Origin: a virus
Lineage: Duplodnaviria; Caudoviricetes
Virus record (IMG/VR): IMGVR_UViG_3300022661_000051
Strand: one strand, 5' to 3'
Length of the DNA stretch: 64,000 bases
Part shown: positions 28,583-38,463 of the stretch, in pieces
Layout of the letters: each line of letters starts with the position of its first letter
How positions within the stretch are numbered: the stretch's first letter is position 1
Notes under the pieces: model-generated
What the model saw: the letters and a program-made list of their open reading frames with translations, nothing else
What the model was told of the DNA's origin: nothing
Databases searched by the model: none
Program-made: the position numbers and the translations under genes

Positions 28583-31500
28583 TAAGTAACTATTCTGATA
28601 TCGATAACGGCCTCTCCTGTATAGTCGTCAGTAGCCACATTTAAGAACTCTGGAACTACGGTAAGCATTTCCATGTTCTCGTCTGTAATGATATGCTGAT
28701 AATTTGCATCGTTACCGTTAAATCCAACAAATTCGAAATATATAAGGTATTCTGAATAGTTGTTTTCAATTTCGGTAGTGAGATTCGGGAAATGAATATC
28801 TTCAAGATCTTCAAGTTTCTCAATATAATCCTTAATATCATTAATAATAAGAGGAATGATATTATTCTTATCACTTTCTTCATTATAGAACTTGGTTCTA
28901 AATGTAAGACTGAGTGAAACGTTATCAATAACTCCTTGGGTCGTACCATCAATAGGATTGGTTGTTTTATACATATTAGATGGTCCATATGTATTAAAGA
29001 ATTTAAAGTCAAGACCAAATGTAGTTTCAAGCGGATCTATTGCTGCTAAAACATACAATATCTTTTTCTTCATTTCTTTAATGAAACCATTGATTCGATC
29101 TTCATCAATACAATAGAAATTCTTCACTACAGGAACTCTATTTACAACGTAGCTTGGAAGGCCCGCAGTTTGAACCATTGTAACGTACGAATTCATGAGA
29201 TTCGAATAGTCATAGAGTAATGTTATACCTCCATCTTGTGCTTCGTATACATTTGTAAGCACCATATCGTTTAAAGAATAACCAAGAATCTTTTCGATAT
29301 CTTCAATACCATCGGAACTATTGTCTTCCGAGAAGTATGGATCTGAAGGCTGTTCTGGTTTTACAACTAAATCCTTAAATTCGGTTGAAGTTGGAACGAT
29401 AGTAGATAATGGAATCTCGCCTCCTAAGAAGTTTGAAGTTCCAAAATATGTATGACTCAAATCATCCATATACTGATCTTTTGTAGTGTTTGCGTCAAAG
29501 TCATATTTATAAAGAATATAGATTCTGAATTTCGTTGTTGTATTAAGATATGCGAAAGGAAGAATCGTATTTGTATTTGGTTCGTACAGATCGTATTCAT
29601 CCTTGAATTCGGCGTTTCCGATATAGATATTTCCATTGTCGTCCATAACTTCTTGAGAAACAAGCTCCGAATCTGTATCTACATTCATAAATGACTTAGT
29701 ATACAAATTGAATGTGTATGACATAACATTAGTGTTGTATATTTTGTTACCATTATATTTTCCGAATGTATACATAATCGGATTATTGTTTTTATAGAAT
29801 ACACCAACGACTCTTGTACGATTTATCATTTCAGATGTCACCGTTCCAATATTTGGAGTTATATCTACATCAATATTATACTTATATCTATCCTTATTAA
29901 GATATGAAGGACGAGTTACCTTTACATGAGATGCGATAAACTGTATCGGAGAATTACTATTGATACAATTAAAATTCAGCATCTTCTGTTCATCGATAAT
30001 ATCGAGATAATATTTTGCATCGACACGATGGCTATCGATTTCCTCGCTATCAGTAAGAACAATCGAAAGCGGATTAGTATATACGAATTTTGTACTCTTC
30101 TGAATATAGATAATATCGTTATTCTTCAGATTATGCTTAACCTTATCGAAGAGCGGTGCCGATGATGACATCTTGCCACATTCACTACAAATATAATTTT
30201 CATCATATGTTACATCTTCAGGATTACATGTACATGGGTCTCTTAATGCTGGAGCGTTGACCATATTGAGATCTACAGCATCCGGCAATCTATACTGTCC
30301 ATAATCGTAACAATTATCGATAGGATTATATACAAGTAGAGTAACCGTATGAGGACTCGAACCTTTATATTCTACATACATTACTTCACCATCTACATAA
30401 TCACTATAAGTTCCAGTTTCCTCGTCGTAAATCTTAACTCTGACGAAATCACCTTTTTCTAAGTTAAGATATGTGTAACTTAAATATGTTTCCTGTCCTT
30501 CAGGTTTTATCTCTCCTGGAGGGGTGCTATCTATAGAATATGTGACAGCATTATACGTTGTATAACCAACATAATTCTTTGAAAGGAATGGAATTGGCCC
30601 GCTATTATTTAAATAAAGCGGAGTTCCACTTTCAAGATAATACTTATCAGATGTTTTAGTTGGCTGATTTTCTGAAGATAAATAAATCGGAATCGTATTT
30701 GTCGGAGTTACATTATTATTTGCGTCTTTCATTAAGCAATAAGTATAGTATATTCTTGTGAGAATATTATCTTCTTTTCTGAATACATGAAGAACGGAGT
30801 TCTCATTATTGATACTATTAAAGTAATTTCGAAGATCTGATAAGAGAGTGATACTTCCTCTAGAAAGCGCTTCTTTAGGAATTATTCTCTGAAGTTCCGG
30901 AACTGTTTTTCTATCAAGACCTCCAGTAGAGCCATCTTCAGAACGCTGCTGTACTATCATATACAGATTAGTATAGTCGTCGGATGTAAGTCTGACCGTC
31001 AAGTCTTCACTGTACATGAAGTTACCACCAGAACCCTGTGTAGTCCAAACATGAATTTTAACATCTGCATTTGTTCTTGGTTGATAAACATTTGGATCGA
31101 ATCTTAAACGAATAGTGTTTGTATTGATATACTGATAATAACAATATAATTCCGTTTCCTGATTATATAATCCATCATATACTGGAACCAGAGGAATTGA
31201 CTTGTCTGAGTTGTTTTCAATTACTTCCATTGTAAAATGAGACATTTGACCTTCGAATGTGAAGTTTAATGTCTTATTAGCGATCTCATCAGAACCTACT
31301 ATCTTTTCTACAATTTCAGTATATTCTACCTGATGAATTGTAGTTGTCAAAGTAATAAAATTATCCGAGAGATCTTTATAAATAGCTATAGGAGGTAAAT
31401 ACTCATTATCTATATCCGATATTGGATTTGGTACTGATAAGTCGTATTTAGCCGTATATACATATTTCATATTTGTACCATTAACGGTATTCGTAAGATC

Positions 31501-31953
31501 AGAATAACTGATAATGATATCATATGGAATATGGAATTCACATTCATTAAAATATATTGGCGTGGAAGATTTCAATCGGAAATTTCCATTAACCATATTA
31601 TTTCTTAATGCTCTTTCAGGAAACATTAAAAATACTTTCATGCTTGCTGGAGTCGCAGTAATTTTATTAACTCCTAAAGATAGTGCATGAGTTATTACGT
31701 TTCTGTCAAATTTAGCTCTTGTAGCGATAGCTTCATTTGCAAGTTCTGAAGCTACAACAATAGCATTTTGTAATAATGAAGAAAACTGATAATTCAGATA
31801 TCCATACATTCCCGTAACTAACGTTTCGGGAGGATATTCAATATCAGTCTCTAAACTCTTTTTCTTAATATCATCGACAAATGCGGTTATATCATAAATA
31901 TCCGAGTTTAGAATTTTATCTGTATTAGAGATATTGGTGATTTTTGTACTCAT
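28582..31953 (-). CDS. baseplate wedge subunit (T4 gp6-like)
   Basis: NEAIATRAKFDRNVITHALSLG, TTQGSGGN and GGLDRKTVPELQR..ITLLSD match the gp6/baseplate-J pattern. Confidence 0.75.
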   Translation of the reverse strand: MSTKITNISNTDKILNSDIYDITAFVDDIKKKSLETDIEYPPETLVTGMYGYLNYQFSSLLQNAIVVASELANEAIATRAKFDRNVITHALSLGVNKITATPASMKVFLMFPERALRNNMVNGNFRLKSSTPIYFNECEFHIPYDIIISYSDLTNTVNGTNMKYVYTAKYDLSVPNPISDIDNEYLPPIAIYKDLSDNFITLTTTIHQVEYTEIVEKIVGSDEIANKTLNFTFEGQMSHFTMEVIENNSDKSIPLVPVYDGLYNQETELYCYYQYINTNTIRLRFDPNVYQPRTNADVKIHVWTTQGSGGNFMYSEDLTVRLTSDDYTNLYMIVQQRSEDGSTGGLDRKTVPELQRIIPKEALSRGSITLLSDLRNYFNSINNENSVLHVFRKEDNILTRIYYTYCLMKDANNNVTPTNTIPIYLSSENQPTKTSDKYYLESGTPLYLNNSGPIPFLSKNYVGYTTYNAVTYSIDSTPPGEIKPEGQETYLSYTYLNLEKGDFVRVKIYDEETGTYSDYVDGEVMYVEYKGSSPHTVTLLVYNPIDNCYDYGQYRLPDAVDLNMVNAPALRDPCTCNPEDVTYDENYICSECGKMSSSAPLFDKVKHNLKNNDIIYIQKSTKFVYTNPLSIVLTDSEEIDSHRVDAKYYLDIIDEQKMLNFNCINSNSPIQFIASHVKVTRPSYLNKDRYKYNIDVDITPNIGTVTSEMINRTRVVGVFYKNNNPIMYTFGKYNGNKIYNTNVMSYTFNLYTKSFMNVDTDSELVSQEVMDDNGNIYIGNAEFKDEYDLYEPNTNTILPFAYLNTTTKFRIYILYKYDFDANTTKDQYMDDLSHTYFGTSNFLGGEIPLSTIVPTSTEFKDLVVKPEQPSDPYFSEDNSSDGIEDIEKILGYSLNDMVLTNVYEAQDGGITLLYDYSNLMNSYVTMVQTAGLPSYVVNRVPVVKNFYCIDEDRINGFIKEMKKKILYVLAAIDPLETTFGLDFKFFNTYGPSNMYKTTNPIDGTTQGVIDNVSLSLTFRTKFYNEESDKNNIIPLIINDIKDYIEKLEDLEDIHFPNLTTEIENNYSEYLIYFEFVGFNGNDANYQHIITDENMEMLTVVPEFLNVATDDYTGEAVIDIRIVT

Positions 31954-31967
31954 TGATTATCCCTCCT

Positions 31968-33215
31968 CTATTGTAACCAAATTAATTTATAGAGGTCACC
32001 TTCGCCCCCGCTTGTTCCGTGCTTTTTACCTTTTCGAACAATATATGGGTATGATCCCCATTTAGTATTAGGAACAGCTTTTTTAGTGTTGTAAAGTTTA
32101 ATAGCTTTTGAATTGATAGTGTTGATCTTGTCGTCTTTTCCTAAACCATTAATTCCTAATGATAATTCAGTTAAATGATTAAGTTCAGTGAAAACATATG
32201 GATTAAGATCTCGAACAATCTGTCCTTTGAAAGTTATAGTTTCACTAATAGGAGGTTCAAAATTACTCATTCCGTCTCGAGGAACACTTAATGGATGAAC
32301 TCCTATAATTTTAGCAAAAAAGATTATTGTGTTTGTATCGTCTACAACAATCTTCCAAATAGAAAATTGTTTATAGTTTATCATATCTTTAATATATGCA
32401 TTCTTAGTTGGACGAATTTCTCTCATATATTCTTGTCTATGATATTCATCATACGCTTTGAAAAAGTTATAAACGTCGAGATACTTAGTATCTCGAAACA
32501 TAAGAGAAAAATCTACAAAGTAATCCGAAATTTCAGAACCGTCTCTATAAGACGTTCCGATCTGATATAGATTTGTATTTGTTAAAGTTTCCGACGCTGT
32601 AATTCCAGGTAAATCTAATGTAGAAGCTACTTGGTTCGATAGCAGCGGAATAAATTTGTTTTTCACATTAAATCCGTTTGGATATATTGATGAGGATTCG
32701 TTATCGAAGGTCTGTTGTAATGATAATAGACTTGCAGGATTTTGTTCTTTTGCATATAAGAAATATGGAGACTTCTTTAATGGCTCATATAATTCAAACG
32801 ATTTATGAACGTCGAATATATGAAGATCTGGTTTTGAAAAGAATAAGTATTCTCTTGCAGATAAACATTCATGGCTAGGATCGAGTATTCCATATCTAGC
32901 AAATTTGTTAAAACGATCCCCATGAATTTGATCTCCATCGAAAATATTACTATCGTTGAGAATGGATCTCATAGTAATAACATTTTGAGCAGTCTCGCCA
33001 GGATTATCGTAGTTGTTAATATCTTCTTGAACGATATCAATATCAGAATATGGGAGTCTGAATGGATATCGATACCTTTTATTTCTTTCGCGATCAGAGA
33101 TGGTTATTGCCTTAGAGTCTGGTGTTTTTTCTGGGTGGAGATGTTCAGTGATACCTCCATCTTTATCTTTTATTCCATTTATATATTTTGAGTTTCTAAT
33201 CTCATCGAAAACCAT
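31968..33215 (-). CDS. putative tail-tube-fold baseplate protein
   Basis: LDLPG...FSLMFRDT...IIGVHPLSV...TITFK resembles the gp19/gp54-like tube fold; start MVFDE after GGAGGAGG; upstream of the wedge gene. Confidence 0.55.
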   Translation of the reverse strand: MVFDEIRNSKYINGIKDKDGGITEHLHPEKTPDSKAITISDRERNKRYRYPFRLPYSDIDIVQEDINNYDNPGETAQNVITMRSILNDSNIFDGDQIHGDRFNKFARYGILDPSHECLSAREYLFFSKPDLHIFDVHKSFELYEPLKKSPYFLYAKEQNPASLLSLQQTFDNESSSIYPNGFNVKNKFIPLLSNQVASTLDLPGITASETLTNTNLYQIGTSYRDGSEISDYFVDFSLMFRDTKYLDVYNFFKAYDEYHRQEYMREIRPTKNAYIKDMINYKQFSIWKIVVDDTNTIIFFAKIIGVHPLSVPRDGMSNFEPPISETITFKGQIVRDLNPYVFTELNHLTELSLGINGLGKDDKINTINSKAIKLYNTKKAVPNTKWGSYPYIVRKGKKHGTSGGEGDLYKLIWLQ

Positions 33216-33247
33216 AAAATTATCCTCCTCCCTTTGATAGGTCATAT

Positions 33248-33259
33248 TATAGAAATGTT
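33248..33259 (-). promoter_or_regulatory. late-type promoter
   Basis: AACA-TTTCTA-TA. Confidence 0.7.
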
Positions 33260-33282
33260 CGGCCCAAAAAAATCTTCACTTA

Positions 33283-33298
33283 TATATCATAAAGGTGT
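33283..33298 (+). promoter_or_regulatory. early-type phage promoter
   Basis: TATATCAT-AAAG-GTGT. Confidence 0.55.
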
Positions 33299-33412
33299 AA
33301 AGAGTAAAGGTGTGACTACTTTTTGGATGTACACAACATCCCCTTCCCTTCACTATAACAGTATTGTATTTTAATAACAACGATTTTTTAACTAAGGTAA
33401 GGAGATGGTATT

Positions 33413-33694
33413 ATGCCAATGAGAGACGTACAGAAAATGTTTAGAGACCAGGAAGAATTTGCGGCTAAAAGAGCAGCCCAGTTAGATGTAATGTATAACG
33501 ACGAGATTAATCGTATCTACAATGAACGAATAGCCGAGGGTTGTTCAAGTTCAAATGTAGATAAAGCAGTTAATCCGATTATTCATATATCTACACAGGC
33601 ATCTAGTAATTGCAATTTCAATATAACTTTAAGCGATTCTCAGTTCGAAGCTTTCAAAGAGATGGTTAGAGATACATTGATGTTATTGTCCTAA
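33413..33694 (+). CDS. small hypothetical early protein between late structural operons
   Basis: 93-aa ORF, AAGGAG RBS, bracketed by a 14-nt inverted repeat. Confidence 0.7.
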   Translation: MPMRDVQKMFRDQEEFAAKRAAQLDVMYNDEINRIYNERIAEGCSSSNVDKAVNPIIHISTQASSNCNFNITLSDSQFEAFKEMVRDTLMLLS

Positions 33695-33732
33695 TTATCA
33701 CATATTGTGGTCACACCTTTTTATTTTTTGAA

Positions 33733-33744
33733 AACATACTAATA
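33733..33744 (+). promoter_or_regulatory. late-type promoter
   Basis: AACA-TACTAA-TA. Confidence 0.7.
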
Positions 33745-33774
33745 AAATTATTAAATTAGAGGAGGTTAATAAAA

Positions 33775-35352
33775 ATGAATGGTAGAGAATACTTTCACGA
33801 ATCAGTTGTTCGTGATATCGTAGATATACTAACTTCAGTAAAAGATTACGATGAAGTACAATTCCTCAAAAATTCAAGTACGAATAGAAGTTTTAAATCA
33901 ATAACTTCTGCAACTAAGGATCTTATTCTTACTTTCCCAGTTTTGGTAAGTTCTGATGCTGATCCTGCTACTGCATGTATGATCGCTAAAGCACAGGAGA
34001 AGAAGTGTGCTTCTCTTCTTCATATGCTTTTCACTGCAATTTGCGTTGATTCTAATGAAGACGTATTTGACTATGTAAAGAAATTCCATACAAATCTCGG
34101 CGCTATGGATGGAAGTCTTGAAGATTATACAGATTCTTTGGATCGTCTTGCTGCATCCCTCGAAGGTTATGAGTTTGTCGGTAAGATTGACAAGCCTGTT
34201 TTAAATGCTGTTCTTGAAGATCTTAAACAGTCTAATTATACGCTTCCTGATGATGTTAAGGAAACAGGACTCGATGAATACTCTATTATTCCAGCTTGGA
34301 CAACTGGCGGAAAAGCTCAGGTTATTCATGAGTATGATAAATCATTATCTCCTGCTGCATATGCTTATTCTAAAGCAAAAGAGAAGTATGAAGATAGAAT
34401 AAACAATTTACAAGGCGTTATCGATAATAAGGATAATATAATAGCAAGAAAAAATGATTCTATTCGTAGCGCTAATATAGCAAGAGGTGAAGCTGAAAGA
34501 CGTAACGCGTCATTAAGCGATAAGAATAATTCTCTCATGCTAAAGAATCGCGATTTGAAAAATCAGCTTGATAATGCAAAAAACGCTTCAATGAACGGCG
34601 GAGGTAGAAATAACGATTATGACATCAAGAATTCTCTTGATTATGCTAAGTGGAAAGAAGCTTCATATAAAGCTCATGATCTTACCATTCTTAATAATGA
34701 ATATAAGAAAGCTAATGAACTTCAGCCTACTATGATGGTAGTTAATTTCATTCAGAAGGGTGAAGCTGGTTCTCCATCAATGGCTACTACGGCTGTTATT
34801 GGCATTAAGTGCAAAGTATATCCGGTTTCATCATCAGATATATGTCGCAGAATAATTTCAAAGATTGAAGATAAAAATGTTCTTAATAGCTTTATCAGAG
34901 CTACAACAAATGAGATCGGATTCTTCCGTGATTTTCTTTTTGCAATTGATAAAGCAAAGATCGATGCTATGTCATATGGCAGATCTTCAACTTCAAATAA
35001 ACTCTGGAAGGTTCTTGAAAGACGTTCAACTAAGAGTAAGTTCAGAAGAGCGCTTAAGATGTCCAATGACGCTACTGCTATCAGTACACTTGTTCTTACA
35101 GAGAATGATGTTGATTATCTCCAGAAGAACAATAATATCGATATAGAAAAGCCGGCGACTGCAAGAAAGATTCTTGACGCTTATAACTTTATGTGTATCG
35201 TTATTGCAAATGAATCTATCGAAACTGCGTCGTTCCTTTATGATACCGGCGATGATAATTACGAGAGACTTACATTCTCAAATCTCGAAAGAGAAGCCAG
35301 TGATAATGGCTATAAGAAGATTGTAAATCTCCTGACAAAAATGAACCGTTAA
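33775..35352 (+). CDS. putative virion structural protein with central coiled coil
   Basis: 525 aa, late promoter, GGAGG RBS, located in the head-protein cluster. Confidence 0.6.
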   Translation: MNGREYFHESVVRDIVDILTSVKDYDEVQFLKNSSTNRSFKSITSATKDLILTFPVLVSSDADPATACMIAKAQEKKCASLLHMLFTAICVDSNEDVFDYVKKFHTNLGAMDGSLEDYTDSLDRLAASLEGYEFVGKIDKPVLNAVLEDLKQSNYTLPDDVKETGLDEYSIIPAWTTGGKAQVIHEYDKSLSPAAYAYSKAKEKYEDRINNLQGVIDNKDNIIARKNDSIRSANIARGEAERRNASLSDKNNSLMLKNRDLKNQLDNAKNASMNGGGRNNDYDIKNSLDYAKWKEASYKAHDLTILNNEYKKANELQPTMMVVNFIQKGEAGSPSMATTAVIGIKCKVYPVSSSDICRRIISKIEDKNVLNSFIRATTNEIGFFRDFLFAIDKAKIDAMSYGRSSTSNKLWKVLERRSTKSKFRRALKMSNDATAISTLVLTENDVDYLQKNNNIDIEKPATARKILDAYNFMCIVIANESIETASFLYDTGDDNYERLTFSNLEREASDNGYKKIVNLLTKMNR

Positions 35353-35377
35353 TTTTTTGTAAAGGAGGGTTAAAATT

Positions 35378-36991
35378 ATGGCTATTTTTACTGAATCAGA
35401 GCTTAATGATCTCTTTGAAGAGAAATGCAAGCCGGACTTAGATAATAAAGCTGATAATGGTGATACTAAAGCTTCTAAAAAGAGTCCTAAGAATACAATG
35501 AAACTTCGTCTTAAAGAAGACGGAGATCTTGTGGATGATGATATAAATAATGACGGTTATACTTCTATCGAGGAAACAATTGATATTAACGGTAAGAAGT
35601 ATCGTCTCATGACAAAATCCGACGAAAAGAATGCCGCTGAAAGGGGTATTTCTGTTAAGGATGCTGTTATTATAAACGGCAAGAAATATATCTATGATCA
35701 GAAATCCCAGAAGGCCTATGATAGAAAGCATCCTATCGAAACTCTCTCAAGAAAGACAGGTGCTGCTCTTGGAGCTGCTGGAGGTGCAGTTATCGGAGGC
35801 GCTGGAGGTGCTGTTGCTGGTGCCGCTCTTGGTACAACAGCCGGATCTCTTACCGGAGCTGTAATTGGTTCTACAACTGGAGGTACAGCTGCTACTAGAG
35901 CTATTCGTAAGGTAACAGATATTCCTGACAAAGTTTCTAAGAAAATAAAGAAAGAAGAATTCGACTTCAGAACAGTATACAGAGATCCTGGATATACTGC
36001 TGCAATGAATGAGTTCTTTGATATTGATGATCATCAGAACAGGCGCATTATGCTTGCGATCAATGAAGATGACCAGAGTAAAGTTCTTGTAGGTCTTACT
36101 GCAAAGCTTTATGAAAATATCATCGATAAGGTAGATGATATCGACTTCGGTGAGATTCCTCTCACTAAGGGTGAGTTCACAAAACTTCCTAATTATACAA
36201 CAATCATGGATTCTCTCTCTACAATGAGAAATCTCCTTGTTGAATATAAACAGGATACTGCTCCTGTAGACACAATCTATAATGCAGTGTCAAATATTGT
36301 TGATATGACACCTACATGGAAAAAGGCATATAGTCTCAATGTTGAACTTCCGATGGTAATGTATAATACTATCGCTCTTTCAATTATTGAAGCTACAAGT
36401 TATATGATATCTATGTGTGTTGAGTACATTAAGTCTCCTTCACATGATACATTCCAGATTACAATAGATAAAACTGCTCTCAATAAGACAAAGGGTCATA
36501 TGGTCTTCGAGAATCTTCAGAAGTTTAATGATGCTTGTCGTAAGGGACAGGTCGAAAAGGCTATGGATTATGTAATTAAAGAAAACTCAAAAGGCTTCGG
36601 TGGTATGGAAATCGGCGCTGGTGCAGCTATCGCTGGAGTTACTTTACTTCTCTTCTGTATAATTCCGATTATAAGAGAGCTCATCTTCTTGTTCTACTAT
36701 TCAAGAGTGAGTGTATCTGAGTATTTTGAGGCTCAGGCTAGTATGCTTCAGGTTAATGCATATAATGTGGAGAATAATCGTCCTGATCTTACAAAAGAAC
36801 AGAAAAAGAATATTTCTTCTAAACAGATGAAGATTGCTGAAAAGTTCAGAAACTTCAGCAATAAGATCAGCATCGATTGTAAGGAAGCTGAAAAGAAAGC
36901 TTCTAAAGAGATGGCTACTTCTAATAAGAAATATAAAGTTGAAGATGTCGTTGATACAATGCCAGATTCAGCTAGTAGTGCTCTCTTCTAA
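35378..36991 (+). CDS. putative virion (head/ejection) protein with glycine-zipper and hydrophobic segment
   Basis: MAIFT N-terminus; GAALGAAGGAVIGGAGG zipper; hydrophobic IGAGAAIAGVTLLLFCIIPII. Confidence 0.6.
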   Translation: MAIFTESELNDLFEEKCKPDLDNKADNGDTKASKKSPKNTMKLRLKEDGDLVDDDINNDGYTSIEETIDINGKKYRLMTKSDEKNAAERGISVKDAVIINGKKYIYDQKSQKAYDRKHPIETLSRKTGAALGAAGGAVIGGAGGAVAGAALGTTAGSLTGAVIGSTTGGTAATRAIRKVTDIPDKVSKKIKKEEFDFRTVYRDPGYTAAMNEFFDIDDHQNRRIMLAINEDDQSKVLVGLTAKLYENIIDKVDDIDFGEIPLTKGEFTKLPNYTTIMDSLSTMRNLLVEYKQDTAPVDTIYNAVSNIVDMTPTWKKAYSLNVELPMVMYNTIALSIIEATSYMISMCVEYIKSPSHDTFQITIDKTALNKTKGHMVFENLQKFNDACRKGQVEKAMDYVIKENSKGFGGMEIGAGAAIAGVTLLLFCIIPIIRELIFLFYYSRVSVSEYFEAQASMLQVNAYNVENNRPDLTKEQKKNISSKQMKIAEKFRNFSNKISIDCKEAEKKASKEMATSNKKYKVEDVVDTMPDSASSALF

Positions 36992-37014
36992 TCAGATTAA
37001 ATAGCCTTTTCAAT

Positions 37015-37026
37015 AACATAATAATA
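37015..37026 (+). promoter_or_regulatory. late-type promoter
   Basis: AACA-TAATAA-TA. Confidence 0.7.
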
Positions 37027-37113
37027 AATCTGGAAGTATTTCACCAGAGGAGCTTTATATATTATATAATGTATAATACTTTAAACAAATTTTTTATAAG
37101 GAGGATATTCAAT

Positions 37114-38403
37114 ATGGGTATTTTTACTAATAATACACTTTCAACAGTTGGCGGAGTAGACTATACTCAGCTTCCTGCTCTCGAAGGTTATGATGCTACT
37201 ACTGGTTTTGCAGTAGCTATGCTTGAAACTCAGCAGAATGACATGGCTCTCTTCAATGCCATCGTTATGGAAGACTATAAAGAACTTAAGGCTGTTCAGG
37301 AAGGTTACGAAGTAATCAACGAATCTGCCGCTGACGTTCTTAACAAGATCAAGGAGTTCTTCGTTAAGCTCCTTCAGAAGATCAAGGGTATCTTCAAGGC
37401 ATTCCTCGGAAAGCTTTCACAGGTATTCGGCTCTAACAGAGGCGTATATGACAAGTACAAGAAGCAGATCGCTTCATATACTAACTGGAAAGACTTCAAG
37501 GTTAAGGATTTCCGTAAGGTTAAGGGTGACAAGAGTGGTCTCGATGCTATTACTTCAGCCGCAGGTTACGAAATTAATAATATGACTTATAATATCGGCT
37601 ATAATGCATCAGGAAAAAATGGCGGAGGCTATATCTGCACCGATGGTAAAATTAAATATTCTGATATGATCGGAAATGAAGCTCTTGATACTGATGATAT
37701 CTACGAAGATCTTATCAAGGGTAGACTTAAATCATCAGAACTCAAATCAGAACTCGACACTGATATTAAGAATATGAACAAGGCATTTATGGATACAGTA
37801 TTTGATGATGCCGAGACAGCAGATGAGTGGAAGGCAAGTGATATTACCGGAACTAATATTGGCCTTGTTCTTTACGATGCCGACAAGATCAAGAAGACAG
37901 TAAATGATCTTGCTAAAAATCTCGAGTCTAATATCAATAAGATAATCAATAAGATCGATACAGAGCAGGGTAAGATCGCTAAGGAACTTGTAAAGAAAGA
38001 CGGTAAATATAACTCCGCACATATAGCTGCAACTGCCAAGACTGGTACAAAAAATAAGGCAGATATTGCTACAACTTCAAATTATTCTTTCGATACAGAA
38101 GCTCCCAGCAGCACAACGATAATGAATTATGGTGGAACAGGTAAAGGAAGCCTCGAAACTCTCAACAAGATGATTTCAAATGTAAATAAAATTGCTACTC
38201 AGGAGCAGACTCTTATTCAGTCTCTCAATGCAGCTTCACTTTCTGCAATGAAGTTCCTTATTTCACAGGCAAGAAAGGTATGGGCATCAGCTGCAGCTTA
38301 TTCTTCAAGAGAGCATAAGAACGAAGGCTACGAATTCTATACAGCAATCGGCGAAGCTTCTGCATATGACTTTATGTCAGATATGGAAGCTATTAACGCA
38401 TAA
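37114..38403 (+). CDS. internal head protein, paralog 1 (phiKZ inner-body-like)
   Basis: MGIFT start after AGGAGG; acidic propeptide ending INE|S, then amphipathic helix KIKEFFVKLLQKIKGIF. Confidence 0.7.
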   Translation: MGIFTNNTLSTVGGVDYTQLPALEGYDATTGFAVAMLETQQNDMALFNAIVMEDYKELKAVQEGYEVINESAADVLNKIKEFFVKLLQKIKGIFKAFLGKLSQVFGSNRGVYDKYKKQIASYTNWKDFKVKDFRKVKGDKSGLDAITSAAGYEINNMTYNIGYNASGKNGGGYICTDGKIKYSDMIGNEALDTDDIYEDLIKGRLKSSELKSELDTDIKNMNKAFMDTVFDDAETADEWKASDITGTNIGLVLYDADKIKKTVNDLAKNLESNINKIINKIDTEQGKIAKELVKKDGKYNSAHIAATAKTGTKNKADIATTSNYSFDTEAPSSTTIMNYGGTGKGSLETLNKMISNVNKIATQEQTLIQSLNAASLSAMKFLISQARKVWASAAAYSSREHKNEGYEFYTAIGEASAYDFMSDMEAINA

Positions 38404-38463
38404 TAATAAATTTCAAAAATTATTACTTTATAATAAATAAAATAATAAGGAGGAATAAATACT

